From assembly GCA_031370645.1 (NCBI GenBank), contig JANMQV010000022.1:1-37727 (forward strand): a stretch of 37,727 nucleotides of DNA, read 5' to 3'. Source of the stretch: Candidatus Eiseniibacteriota bacterium. Its GTDB lineage: Bacteria; Eisenbacteria; RBG-16-71-46; SZUA-252. The first letter of the stretch is position 1. Each line of letters starts with the position of its first letter. A program made the translations under genes and the position numbers. A model generated the notes under the pieces. The model was given only the letters and a program-made list of their open reading frames with translations. It was not told the DNA's origin and searched no databases. This document shows, piece by piece, positions 17,745 to 26,929 of this stretch.

Positions 17745-18536
17745 CGCGCCGACCCAGGCGAAGACCGCCTGCGGCTCCGGCACGCCGCTCGTCGACGATC
17801 CCGGCGGAGGCGGCTCCGGTCTCGCTTCGACGAAGGAACCGGTCCACGCTCCGCTCGTAACCGAGACACCACCGCTCGAGAAGGTCGGCAGATCGAATCC
17901 GAACGCGATCTTCGCCCCCTCGGCGCTTCGCCCGAACGCGGCGATCCGGATGAAGTCCGGCACGTCGACCGATTCGCCGGGCGCGAGCCGAAGACCCGCC
18001 AGGAACACCGCCAGTTCCGACCCCGAGGCTCCGGTCACCGAGATCCAGCAATCGGCGACACCGGTCGCGGCGCCGCCCCCTCCGCCATGGGAGCCGACGA
18101 CCGCGCTCGCGACGGCATCGAGCGGGACCGTGAGATCGAGCACGCTCCGGCTCACCGCGCCCGCCGTCCCGGTTCCGCCCGACTTCGCGGCACCTCCCGC
18201 CGCGACGTTCGTCTTCGTCGCGTAACCGGTGATCCCGGTAATCGAGGTCAGCACCGAAACACCGGGGAGTACGTCGGAGAACGTGATCGCCTTGTCCGAT
18301 GTGTTTGTGATTCGGACCGTGAGCCCGAGGAGTTCCCCGCTCGCCGGATCGACGAGCCCGGGCGATCCCATCTGCGCGAGCGTGGAGCCGGAGAGCGACT
18401 CCTGCGCTAGCGGATCGGCGATGATCGTCGCACCGTCGACGGCCGAGACGCCCGACACGATGGTGAACGTGAGTAGCCCCGCGGATGCCGGACCGGCGGC
18501 CGCGAGCAAGGCGATGACGAGCAACGAACGAGGCAT
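17697..18536 (-). CDS. Exported protein with PEP-CTERM-like sorting signal
   Basis: Start re-called at ATG 18536 (signal MPRSLLVIALLAAAGPASA; SD GGGAGG). Gly/Ser/Thr-rich body. C-terminus is VPEP + hydrophobic helix + RRR. Confidence 0.8.
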   Translation of the reverse strand: MPRSLLVIALLAAAGPASAGLLTFTIVSGVSAVDGATIIADPLAQESLSGSTLAQMGSPGLVDPASGELLGLTVRITNTSDKAITFSDVLPGVSVLTSITGITGYATKTNVAAGGAAKSGGTGTAGAVSRSVLDLTVPLDAVASAVVGSHGGGGGAATGVADCWISVTGASGSELAVFLAGLRLAPGESVDVPDFIRIAAFGRSAEGAKIAFGFDLPTFSSGGVSVTSGAWTGSFVEARPEPPPPGSSTSGVPEPQAVFAWVGALAGFCLGARRRGPRG

Positions 18537-18599
18537 GAATCGCGGCACGACTTCCTCCCTTCCCATGGGAACTCGGAGACGTGGGGACGAGAGGGATTC

Positions 18600-18615
18600 A
18601 GCGAGAGGCGTGCCA
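18600..18615 (-). promoter_or_regulatory. Sigma-54 (-24/-12) promoter of the PEP-CTERM gene
   Basis: TGGCACG-CCTC-TCGCT with exact GG-N10-GC spacing, 64 nt upstream of the ATG. Confidence 0.75.
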
Positions 18616-18706
18616 GACGAAGCGCCGCGTGTTGCGATGTCGTCGGAGGCGATACGGACGCGGAAAACGGCTCTCCCGGCAGAAAGGGCGTCAAAGTGAG
18701 ATGCCC

Positions 18707-18746
18707 GAAAACGCAAACCGGCGTCGACGTGAGGTCGACGCCGGTT
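18707..18746 (-). terminator. Probable terminator after pruA
   Basis: Perfect 13-bp inverted repeat AACCGGCGTCGAC-N5-GTCGACGCCGGTT (18716-18746) followed by TGCGTTTT on the minus strand. Confidence 0.75.
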
Positions 18747-18776
18747 GACGCGGTTCGTTGAAGCAGGGGTTCCCTC

Positions 18777-20327
18777 TTACCCGACGTACTCCGTGATCGT
18801 CTTTCCCTGCATGAAGAGGCCGAGGTAGTCGCGACCACCCGCCTTCGAATCGGTGCCGCTCATGTTGAACCCACCAAACGGGTGAATGCCGACGAGCGCC
18901 CCGGTGCACCTCCGGTTCAAATAGAGATTCCCGACGTGGAGCCGCCGCTTCGCCTCCGCCACCTTCGCCCGGTCGCGGGAGTAGTAGGCGCCGGTCAATC
19001 CGTACATGGTCCCATTCGCGATCCCGACCGACTGTTCGAATGACGACGCCTTCAAGACCGCCAGGACCGGCCCGAAGATCTCCTCCTGGCTGATGCGCGC
19101 CGGGGGGGCGATGTCGGCGATGACGGTCGGCTGCAGGAAAAACCCGGGACCGCTGTGCTTTCCGCCGCCAGAGATGAGACGCCCTTCCTTCTTCCCGATT
19201 TCCATGTACTCGAGAATCGTCTTCTCGGCGCCCGCGTTCACTACCGGTCCGAGATAATTCTCCTTCTTCTCGGTCGGCCCGATCGTCATCGTCTTGACCT
19301 TCGCTGCCAAGCGATCGAGGAACTCGTCGTAGAGCTTCGTGTGCACGATGGCGCGCGAACAGGCCGAGCACTTCTGCCCCTGGAATCCGAACGCCGCCGC
19401 ATAGACGCCGGCGACCGCCGCGTCGAGATCCGCTTCCTCGTCGACGATCGTGAAATCCTTCCCGCCCATTTCGAGAATCGCGCGCTTGAGCCAGATCTGA
19501 CCCTTCTGCACCTTCGCCGCTTTCTCGTTGATGCCGATGCCGACCGGCATGGAGCCCGTGAAGGCGATGAAGCGCACACCGGGATGCTCGACCAGCCCGT
19601 CCCCAATGACACCGCCGGGACCGGGAAGGAAGTTCACGACACCCGGAGGAACGCCTGCCTCTTCCATGATTTCAAAGAGCTTCCAGGCGATGAGTGGCGC
19701 ATCGCTCGACGGCTTCAAGATGCAGGTGTTCCCGGTCACGATGGTCGCCAGGGTCATGCCGAGCGTGATCGCGCAGGGGAAGTTCCAAGGCGGGATGACC
19801 ACGCCGACGCCGAGCGGAATGTAGACCAGCGCGTTGTTCTCGCCCGGGTAGGGCGTGATCGGCTGGCGCTCGGCGTAACGGAGCATCTCCCGCGCATAGA
19901 ATTCGGCGAAGTCGATCGCCTCCGCGGTGTCGCCGTCCGCCTCGCCCCAACTCTTCCCGACTTCGAGCACCATCGTCGCGCTCATCTCGTGGCGCCGCTT
20001 CCGGAGAGTGCCCGCCACGCGGAGGAGGACGTTGGCGCGCTCGTCGGGCGCCGTCGCGGCCCAGGCCGGGAACGCCTTCGTGGCCGCATCGACCGCCATC
20101 GCGACATGCTCCGCGGCGCCCTTCGCGAACGTGCCGAGACTCTCCGTGGGATTCGCGGGATTGAAACTCTGAAAGGTCGCGGAAGTCTGAATGCGCTTCC
20201 CCCCGATGACGATCGGGTGCGACGCGGCCGCTTGCGAGCGGACGAGCGCGAGCGCCTCGCGCATCCCGGTGTCGTGCTCGGGACGCGAGTAGTCGAGATA
20301 GGTGGTGCTCCGATACTCCGGAAGCAT
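18777..20327 (-). CDS. pruA: L-glutamate gamma-semialdehyde (P5C) dehydrogenase
   Basis: Start re-called at ATG 20327 (SD AAAGGAG). EAIDFAEFY, IPPWNFP, FTGS, LEMGGK, FQGQKCSACSR, QEEIFGP, PFGGFNMSGTDSKAGG. Confidence 0.95.
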   Translation of the reverse strand: MLPEYRSTTYLDYSRPEHDTGMREALALVRSQAAASHPIVIGGKRIQTSATFQSFNPANPTESLGTFAKGAAEHVAMAVDAATKAFPAWAATAPDERANVLLRVAGTLRKRRHEMSATMVLEVGKSWGEADGDTAEAIDFAEFYAREMLRYAERQPITPYPGENNALVYIPLGVGVVIPPWNFPCAITLGMTLATIVTGNTCILKPSSDAPLIAWKLFEIMEEAGVPPGVVNFLPGPGGVIGDGLVEHPGVRFIAFTGSMPVGIGINEKAAKVQKGQIWLKRAILEMGGKDFTIVDEEADLDAAVAGVYAAAFGFQGQKCSACSRAIVHTKLYDEFLDRLAAKVKTMTIGPTEKKENYLGPVVNAGAEKTILEYMEIGKKEGRLISGGGKHSGPGFFLQPTVIADIAPPARISQEEIFGPVLAVLKASSFEQSVGIANGTMYGLTGAYYSRDRAKVAEAKRRLHVGNLYLNRRCTGALVGIHPFGGFNMSGTDSKAGGRDYLGLFMQGKTITEYVG

Positions 20328-20376
20328 GACTTCTCCTTTGGGTTCGGGGCCGTGCGGGTTACGATTGCGAGCGAAT

Positions 20377-21132
20377 ATGATATCCGCTCTCCTGATCGCT
20401 GTCATCCCGGCCCTCATTCTCCCTTGGGCGCTCCTTCCGCTCCATTCCCCGCCCCTCTTTGCCCTCCTTCCGATGCTCCCGCTCGCATGGGTCTACATCC
20501 GGGCGGTGCGCGAGGGCCGGGCGCGGGAGGCCGCCTTCCTGGCCATCGCGTGGGCGGCCGCGCTGACGGTCACGACGATCGCCGCCTCGGCGCGGAGTCC
20601 TCAATCGGCGCTTCAGACCATCTGGCACGCATCGGCGTTTCGAGACGAAATGGTGGGATGGATTTCGACCGGGCGCGGACCGGAGGGATCGATCGCGCTT
20701 TTTCTCCCGCGTGTGCTTCTCGAATACGCGGCGGTCTGGATTCTCTCGGCGGCCACCCTTGGCGTGGCGGCGCTCGTGCTCGGTTCGCTCCTGCTCGGCT
20801 TCATGAACGGATACGTCGGCTGGGTCGTGGCGAACGCCGACCCCACCGTCTCCGGACTCGCCACCGCGCTTGTCGCCTGGCCCCCCTGGTCCGTCGCTCG
20901 CGTGCTCTCGTTCATCCTAGCGGGAACGGCGGGTGCTCTATGGGGTGCGGAACGATTCTACGGAAGGCGCGACAACGGAGCGGGGGCGATGATCGCGAGG
21001 CTCGCGCTCTTCTCCGCGCTGCTTCTGGCATTCGACATCGGATTGAAGTGGTGGTTGGCGCCGATCTGGCGGGAGTGGCTCCACGCGCTCCTCGGCGCGA
21101 GCGCGGGGCTCGAGGCGGGCGGGAGCGTCTAG
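20377..21132 (+). CDS. Hypothetical integral membrane protein
   Basis: About 6-7 hydrophobic segments; ATG at 20377; divergent from pruA. Confidence 0.75.
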   Translation: MISALLIAVIPALILPWALLPLHSPPLFALLPMLPLAWVYIRAVREGRAREAAFLAIAWAAALTVTTIAASARSPQSALQTIWHASAFRDEMVGWISTGRGPEGSIALFLPRVLLEYAAVWILSAATLGVAALVLGSLLLGFMNGYVGWVVANADPTVSGLATALVAWPPWSVARVLSFILAGTAGALWGAERFYGRRDNGAGAMIARLALFSALLLAFDIGLKWWLAPIWREWLHALLGASAGLEAGGSV

Positions 21133-21156
21133 CCCCGCCCGCCCCGCGCGGCGTCG

Positions 21157-23064
21157 TTACGGAAGGATCGTAAGGGGCGTCGAGTCGGGAGCCATCGTCG
21201 ACTCCACGCGAACGTAGTAGCGACCGGCCCGAAGCGTGCGGCCCCGGTCGTCCTTGCCGTTGAAGTGGAGCTCGCGGAGACCCGCCGGCGCGTTCGCTTC
21301 ATTCGCCAGGACACGGACCATGCGGCCATGGACGTCGAACACCATCACGCGAAGGCGTCCCGGCAGCTCGGTCTCGATCGCCACGACGGCTTCCGGATTG
21401 AGCGGGTTCGGGCCACAGCGCTTGATGGCGCGCTTCTTCTCCGGCACCACGCGGACCGTGAAGGACGCGCGAACGTCGCCGCCGTCGAGGAGACGGAACG
21501 AGAGGGTGAGCGTCCCGTCCACCGGCTCCGGAACGTTGGCGAACATCTTCTGCAGGTCCTTCTTCTTGAACGTAAGGCGATATTCGAGTCTTCCGTTCTC
21601 GTTGACGTCCGTCCCCTTCAACACGCCTTCAACGCCGGGCGCCAACTCCGCGCCATCCCCAGCACCTTCCCACGCCTTCAGGCGGAACGACGACGGATCG
21701 ACATCATCGAGCGAGAACGTGCCCAGGTAGGGCTCGACGTAGACACGCTCCCAATCGGAGCCCGTCTCGAGACGAATCTGACGCGGCTGGCACCACGCCA
21801 CGGCTTCCGCCGTGCGGCCGGCGTCGTTCGCGAGGACGGTCAGCACGCGGTCGGCGAAGCGAAGCGCGTCGTTCGCGTCGGTCGCGCGGAGCGTGACATG
21901 GAACGTGCCCGCGCGATTCGCGAGGAGGCGAAGCGAACCGGTGACGAGCGCCAGCGTGAGCGCGTCGCCAGCGTCGGAGCCCGCGACGGAAACCGTCGGA
22001 GCCGCACTGCCGCACGCCTGGTCTGGATCGGACGCGGCGAGATCGACCGCCACTTCCGAGCCGACGACAACGGTGACCGAAGCGCCCTGCGACGGCGCGG
22101 TCCACACCGGCGTCCGCGGCGTGTCGGTGACGTGGATGCTGAAGGTCTCTTGATCGGTGTAGGTTCCGTCGCTCAACAGTACCGTCGCGTTGCGATCGCC
22201 CGCGTCGCAATAGCCGGGCGCAAGGTCGAGGCGAGCCGTGGAAGTGCCGGCCCCGTTCGTGAGCGGCGTCAAGGTGGCGAAACTCGGTAGCGTGCCCGAC
22301 CAGGTGAGCGTGCCACCGTCCGAATCGCTGCCCTGGAGCGTGACGGCGACACTGGCCGCTTCCGCCACGGTCGGCGCGCTGAACGGCACGATGACCGGCG
22401 GATGCTGAGCTGCCGCGCCGGAGACGGTCACCGAGAACGACTGCGACGTCACGTCGATCCCGTCGGTCACGTGGAGGGTCATGGTTGTCGTGCCCGGAGG
22501 CGTGCTCATCGTCGGTGCGAGGATCATCCCCGCGGTGCCGTCGCCGAAGTCGCTGAACTGGCCGTACGCCGGCAAGTTGTCCACGGTGAAGACGAGCGCA
22601 TCGCCGTCATCGTCCGAAGCCCAGAACGAGAGGATGGCGAGCGTGCCGGGATCGATCGTGCGGTCGGTCACGAAGCCGAGCGTCGGCGGCGCGTTCGCAT
22701 TCGCCACCGAGATCGCGACGTTCTTCTGATTGATGCCGCCGAACGTATCGTCCGCCCGGAAGGTGACCGTGTAGTTTCCCGACTGATCGGAAGCGGGCGT
22801 CCAGGAGAAGGAGCCGCTGTTGTTCAAGTTGTCGACGAACGCGGCGCCGACCGGAAGACTGAACGCGCGGAGCTGCACCGTCTGCCCGTCGGCGTCGGTG
22901 GCCGTCACGTCGAACGCGAGGAGCTGCTGTTCGACGGCGACCTGGGGCCCCGGCACGGTGATGACCGGCGCCGCCGCCCAAACGGCCGCGGGTAAAGCCG
23001 CAAGCGCGAGGAGCGAAACGAGGGTTAGGGTTCCGGCGTAGGGAAGGTGAGCCTGGCGAGACAT
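21157..23064 (-). CDS. Secreted Ig-like/cadherin-like repeat protein with C-terminal FlgD-type (T9SS type A-like) domain
   Basis: Start re-called at ATG 23064, with signal peptide. About four repeats with A.D.DG / LP..A / N.PP motifs. C-terminal PNPLNP...VFDVHGRMVRVL...FNGKDDRGRTLRAGRYYVRV. Confidence 0.85.
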   Translation of the reverse strand: MSRQAHLPYAGTLTLVSLLALAALPAAVWAAAPVITVPGPQVAVEQQLLAFDVTATDADGQTVQLRAFSLPVGAAFVDNLNNSGSFSWTPASDQSGNYTVTFRADDTFGGINQKNVAISVANANAPPTLGFVTDRTIDPGTLAILSFWASDDDGDALVFTVDNLPAYGQFSDFGDGTAGMILAPTMSTPPGTTTMTLHVTDGIDVTSQSFSVTVSGAAAQHPPVIVPFSAPTVAEAASVAVTLQGSDSDGGTLTWSGTLPSFATLTPLTNGAGTSTARLDLAPGYCDAGDRNATVLLSDGTYTDQETFSIHVTDTPRTPVWTAPSQGASVTVVVGSEVAVDLAASDPDQACGSAAPTVSVAGSDAGDALTLALVTGSLRLLANRAGTFHVTLRATDANDALRFADRVLTVLANDAGRTAEAVAWCQPRQIRLETGSDWERVYVEPYLGTFSLDDVDPSSFRLKAWEGAGDGAELAPGVEGVLKGTDVNENGRLEYRLTFKKKDLQKMFANVPEPVDGTLTLSFRLLDGGDVRASFTVRVVPEKKRAIKRCGPNPLNPEAVVAIETELPGRLRVMVFDVHGRMVRVLANEANAPAGLRELHFNGKDDRGRTLRAGRYYVRVESTMAPDSTPLTILP

Positions 23065-23137
23065 GATGTACCCCCTCGGGGTGGACCCTGCGATCCCCTT
23101 CCGTGGGAGTGAACCACTATGTTCATGGCTCGATCGG

Positions 23138-23153
23138 TGCAAGACGAGGGCCA
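23138..23153 (-). promoter_or_regulatory. Sigma-54 (-24/-12) promoter of the Ig-repeat gene
   Basis: TGGCCCT-CGTC-TTGCA with exact GG-N10-GC spacing, 74 nt upstream of the ATG. Confidence 0.65.
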
Positions 23154-23232
23154 GCGCGAGGAAATAGCGTTGAACCCGCGCGGCGGCGCGGGGTTAGAGA
23201 CGGAGTGGGGTGGGGTGGCATTTCGGGGCGCA

Positions 23233-23261
23233 TTGCAGGGCGCCTGGAATAGGCGCATACT
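23233..23261 (+). promoter_or_regulatory. Putative sigma-70 promoter of lepB
   Basis: TTGCAG-N17-CATACT; spacer dyad GCGCCT-N5-AGGCGC. Confidence 0.55.
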
Positions 23262-23318
23262 GAGTGCACTTTTTCCGGTCCGCGCGAACCGCGGAAACCA
23301 CCGACGAGGAGCCTACGG

Positions 23319-23990
23319 ATGCCGAAGGATGTGAAACATTCGCCCAAGACGGTGAGAGCCCCGAAGCGGGGCGACTCGATCGCCGATTGGGTCAAGACCG
23401 CTGCCATCTCTCTTGCGATCGTCGTCACGTTCCGCGGCGTCGTCGCGCAGGCGTATCAAATTCCGAGCGGCTCGATGGAGCGCACGCTCCTGGTCGGCGA
23501 TTTCCTTTACATCAACAAGATGCTCTACGGCTCCGAGATCGACATCGGCTTCCGAGGGCGCCGCTTCTTCTATCATCGCTTCCCCGCCTTCCGTCAGCCG
23601 AAGCCGGGCGACATCATCGTTTTCCGCTACCCGCCGAACCCGCGCCAGGATTTCATCAAGCGCTGCGTCGCCGTGGCCGGCCAGACCGTCGAGATCAAGA
23701 ACAAGGTCGTCTACGTGGACGGCGTGAAACGGACGGAGCCGTTCACCCACCACGATGACCAGCGTATCTATCCTCGGGAGCTCTCCGCGCGCGACAATTT
23801 CGGCCCCTACGTCGTACCCGCCGGAGACATCTTTATGATGGGCGACAACCGCGACAACAGTCTCGACAGTCGCTTCTGGGGGCCGCTCCCCTTGGCGAAC
23901 ATCAAGGGAAAGGCGATGTTCCTCTACTGGTCATGGGACGGCGAGAAGTTCCGCCCGCGCATGGAGCGGATGTTCCACGGGATTACGTAG
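23319..23990 (+). CDS. lepB: Signal peptidase I
   Basis: IPSGSMERTLLVGD (catalytic Ser), GDIIVF, FIKRC (Lys), MGDNRDNSLDSRFWG; SD GAGGAG. Confidence 0.97.
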   Translation: MPKDVKHSPKTVRAPKRGDSIADWVKTAAISLAIVVTFRGVVAQAYQIPSGSMERTLLVGDFLYINKMLYGSEIDIGFRGRRFFYHRFPAFRQPKPGDIIVFRYPPNPRQDFIKRCVAVAGQTVEIKNKVVYVDGVKRTEPFTHHDDQRIYPRELSARDNFGPYVVPAGDIFMMGDNRDNSLDSRFWGPLPLANIKGKAMFLYWSWDGEKFRPRMERMFHGIT

Positions 23991-23992
23991 GG

Positions 23993-24238
23993 TAACAGCG
24001 GGCCGCCGATACCGTGCTGCTTGCGATACTCACAAACCGCCTGACTGATGGCGAGAACATGCCATTCGTTGAACGTGCGGGCGAGCGCCGAGCCACGATG
24101 TCCCGAGGTGCCGAACACGACGCGCTGCGCGGGCACGGAGGGGTCGGGCACGTCGGCGTGAGAGGCCGCGATCAGTGTCAGTACGTCGACGAGCATCCCG
24201 GGCGTGGCCGGCTTGCCGGCGAGTGGACTCGTTTTCAT
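23993..24238 (-). pseudogene. pgm: Phosphoglucomutase N-terminal fragment (about 80 codons), truncated
   Basis: MKTSPLAGKPA...PDPSVPAQRVVFGTSGHRGSA...FNEWHVLAISQAVCEYR...GPL matches the Pgm N-terminus. Similarity ends abruptly and the frame runs on antisense into lepB (stop at 23924). Confidence 0.9.
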
Positions 24239-24297
24239 TGCCATATCCCGTGCACGATGAAGACTCCGTCCCATGGCACCTCTCACGTCCCGATCGT

Positions 24298-26805
24298 CTA
24301 GGATGGGGCTGCCGGTGCGGCAGGCGCCTTGGCTGGCTCCGGGGGTGCGGGTCCGTCGGGCGCCTCGGACTTCGCTGCCTTGCCAGGCCGACGGATGCCC
24401 GCGAGCTTGGTGCGCTTCAGCATCAGCGCATTGATCGCCACGATCAGGGTGCTGCCGGACATCGACATCGCTGCGACCTCCGGGCTCAGCACGAACGGGT
24501 ACAAGACGCCCGCCGCGAGCGGGAACGCGACTAGGTTGTAGCCCACCGCCCACCAGAGGTTCTGGTGCATCTTTCGCAATGTCGCGCGCGATAGCTCGAT
24601 CGCGGCGACGATGTCGTACGGGTCGCTCCTCATCAATACGACATCGGCGCTTTCCATCGCGACGTCGGTGCCGGCGCCAATGGCGAACCCCACGTTCGCT
24701 TGAGTGAGCGCTGGCGCGTCGTTGACGCCGTCGCCCACCATCCCGACTCTCTTTCCCGCGGCCTGCAGCTCCTTCACCTTCTCGGCCTTCTTTCCCGGCA
24801 GCACGTCGGCCAACACGCTGTCGATGCCGAGATCCGCGGCGATGCGTTTGGCCGTCGCCGCGTTGTCGCCGGTGAGCATCACCACTTCAATCTTTCGTTC
24901 GCGCAGCTTGGCCACCGCCGCCTTGGAGGTCGGCCTGATCGCATCGGCGATGGCAATGAGCCCGATCACGCGGGCGGCCTGAGACACATGGACGACGGTG
25001 CGGCCGTCCCCCTGCAGGCGGGTGGCATCGGCCTCCAAGCGACCGAGCGCGAGCTTTTGCGTATCCATCAGCAGGCGGTTTCCGAGGAATACTGTTCCGC
25101 CAGCGGTCTCGGCGCGCGCGCCCATACCGTCGAGACTCTCGAAACCTGTCGGCGTTACGATCGTGAGCTTGGCCGCGCGGCGTACGATGGCCTGGGCCAG
25201 AGGATGGCCGGACCCCTGCTCGACGGCCGCGGCGGCCGCGAGCACCACGTCCTCGGTGACCCCGTCCGCAGGCACGATCGCCACGACTTCCGGCTGGCCG
25301 ACGGTGAGCGTACCGGTCTTGTCGAAGATGATCACATCGAGCTTGGTGGCGTCCTCGAGCGCCGAGGCGTTCTTGAACAGAATGCCGTTCATCGCGCCGA
25401 GGCCGGTTCCCACCATCACCGCCATGGGCGTGGCCAGTCCCAGCGCGTCCGGGCAGGCGATCACGAAGACCGTGATGGTTAGCGTTACCGCGAACAGCAG
25501 CGGCTCTCCAATCCACCAGAACCACACCGCGAAGGTCGTAAGACCGATGGCAATCGCGGCGATCACCAGCCATTGCGCGGCTTTGTCGGCAAGGAGTTGT
25601 GACGGGGCCTTTGAGTTCTGCGCCTCCTGAACCAGTTTTACGATCTGCGCCAGCGCCGTGTCGGCCCCGACCTTCGTCGCCTTGTAACGAAAACTCCCGC
25701 TCTTGTTGATCGTCGCCCCGATCACCGTGGCGCCCGGTCCCTTTTGGACTGGCATCGACTCGCCGGTGAGCATGGACTCGTCGACCATTGATTCGCCGGT
25801 CTCCACCGTGCCGTCGACGGGAATCTTTCCCCCCGGCCGCATCACGACGATCTCGCCCGCCAACACCTCCGCCGTCGGAACTTCCACTTCGACGCCGTTG
25901 CGGATCACCGAGGCCATCGCGGGGGTAAGCTTCATCAGCGCCTTGATGGCGGACGATGCACCCGCGCGAGCGCGCATTTCGAGCCAGTGGCCGAGCAAGA
26001 TAAAAACCAGCAGGACGGCGGCGGCTTCGAAGAACTGCCCGCCCCCCTTGAAAAAGAATGTGCTGCCGACACTGAACAGATAGCCGGTGCCGACGCTCAA
26101 CACCACCAGCACCGCCATGCTCAGGGTGCCGGTCTTGAGCGCGCGCCAGGCGGAGACGACGAACGGCCAGACCGGATAAAGTATCGCGGTGCTCGCCAGG
26201 AGGAACAGCCAGAGGTTGAGCTCCAGTCCAAACGGCGGAGCGGGCGGCTTGAAGAAACCTCCCATCGGGGCGTAGACGAAGATCGGCACGGTGAAGATCA
26301 GGCAAATCCAGAAACGGTTGCGCATGTCTCGGACCATGGCCGCCAGGTCCGTGCCGCCATGGCCCATCTCATGCGCCATCCCTGCAGGCATTCCCGCCTG
26401 CGTGTCCCGCGCCAGATGGCCTTTGTGGCCGTAGCCCGCGGGAGCCGCCGGCTCGGGCGCGGCGGCGGGCGCGACCGGGGCAGCATTCGGCACAGCGGCC
26501 AGTGGCGTTGAAGCGGAGGCTCGCGCCGCTTCCGGCGTTGGCACTACAGCACGCTCGAGAACGGGCTTGTGTTCGCTCACCTGCTTGGGTGGGGATTCGC
26601 CTGCGGTGTGATGTCCGATTTGGTGCACGGCAGCCTTGATATCGGCGACGTCGAGTTGAGTCTCATCGTAGCGCACGGTGGCGCTTCCCGCGGCGTAATT
26701 CACGGTAGCACTTTCCACACCCGGCACCTCGCCCAGCCGCTTTTCCACCTCGTCCACGCTCAGTGCTGAGAGCATGTCACGCACTTCAATGACGCTCGTT
26801 TGCAT
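24298..26805 (-). CDS. Heavy-metal (probably copper) translocating P1B-type ATPase
   Basis: Degenerate HMA domain, His/Met linker, [31 protein letters not shown] and MSxS TM motifs; SD GGGAGG. Confidence 0.95.
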   Translation of the reverse strand: MQTSVIEVRDMLSALSVDEVEKRLGEVPGVESATVNYAAGSATVRYDETQLDVADIKAAVHQIGHHTAGESPPKQVSEHKPVLERAVVPTPEAARASASTPLAAVPNAAPVAPAAAPEPAAPAGYGHKGHLARDTQAGMPAGMAHEMGHGGTDLAAMVRDMRNRFWICLIFTVPIFVYAPMGGFFKPPAPPFGLELNLWLFLLASTAILYPVWPFVVSAWRALKTGTLSMAVLVVLSVGTGYLFSVGSTFFFKGGGQFFEAAAVLLVFILLGHWLEMRARAGASSAIKALMKLTPAMASVIRNGVEVEVPTAEVLAGEIVVMRPGGKIPVDGTVETGESMVDESMLTGESMPVQKGPGATVIGATINKSGSFRYKATKVGADTALAQIVKLVQEAQNSKAPSQLLADKAAQWLVIAAIAIGLTTFAVWFWWIGEPLLFAVTLTITVFVIACPDALGLATPMAVMVGTGLGAMNGILFKNASALEDATKLDVIIFDKTGTLTVGQPEVVAIVPADGVTEDVVLAAAAAVEQGSGHPLAQAIVRRAAKLTIVTPTGFESLDGMGARAETAGGTVFLGNRLLMDTQKLALGRLEADATRLQGDGRTVVHVSQAARVIGLIAIADAIRPTSKAAVAKLRERKIEVVMLTGDNAATAKRIAADLGIDSVLADVLPGKKAEKVKELQAAGKRVGMVGDGVNDAPALTQANVGFAIGAGTDVAMESADVVLMRSDPYDIVAAIELSRATLRKMHQNLWWAVGYNLVAFPLAAGVLYPFVLSPEVAAMSMSGSTLIVAINALMLKRTKLAGIRRPGKAAKSEAPDGPAPPEPAKAPAAPAAPS

Positions 26806-26929
26806 CGTGCCTCCCTAACGGTCTTCGTATTCAACCTGTCTTGCTACATCGACGTCCACGAGACGCGGCGGCCGTTCTGGATCCAGTCGGTGCCGGGCCA
26901 GCTGTCCGACGGCTTGCTGGCTTGTCCAT

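Noticed and set aside
519-21173. Long plus-strand ORFs (e.g. 519-2006, 3389-5470, 7783-9162, 13991-15301, 19155-21173)
   Set aside because: Antisense shadows of well-supported genes. They are expected in high-GC DNA and show no motifs or SD support.
23202-23219. GTGGG repeats as a G-quadruplex or enhancer site
   Set aside because: Only two long G-runs; unremarkable at this GC content.
23988-24001. TAGGGTAACAG resembling an I-SceI site at the junction
   Set aside because: Only a partial match with an indel; chance similarity.
26806-26929. Short ORFs between the phosphatase and the ATPase
   Set aside because: No SD or recognisable motif; possibly a gene remnant but not identifiable.
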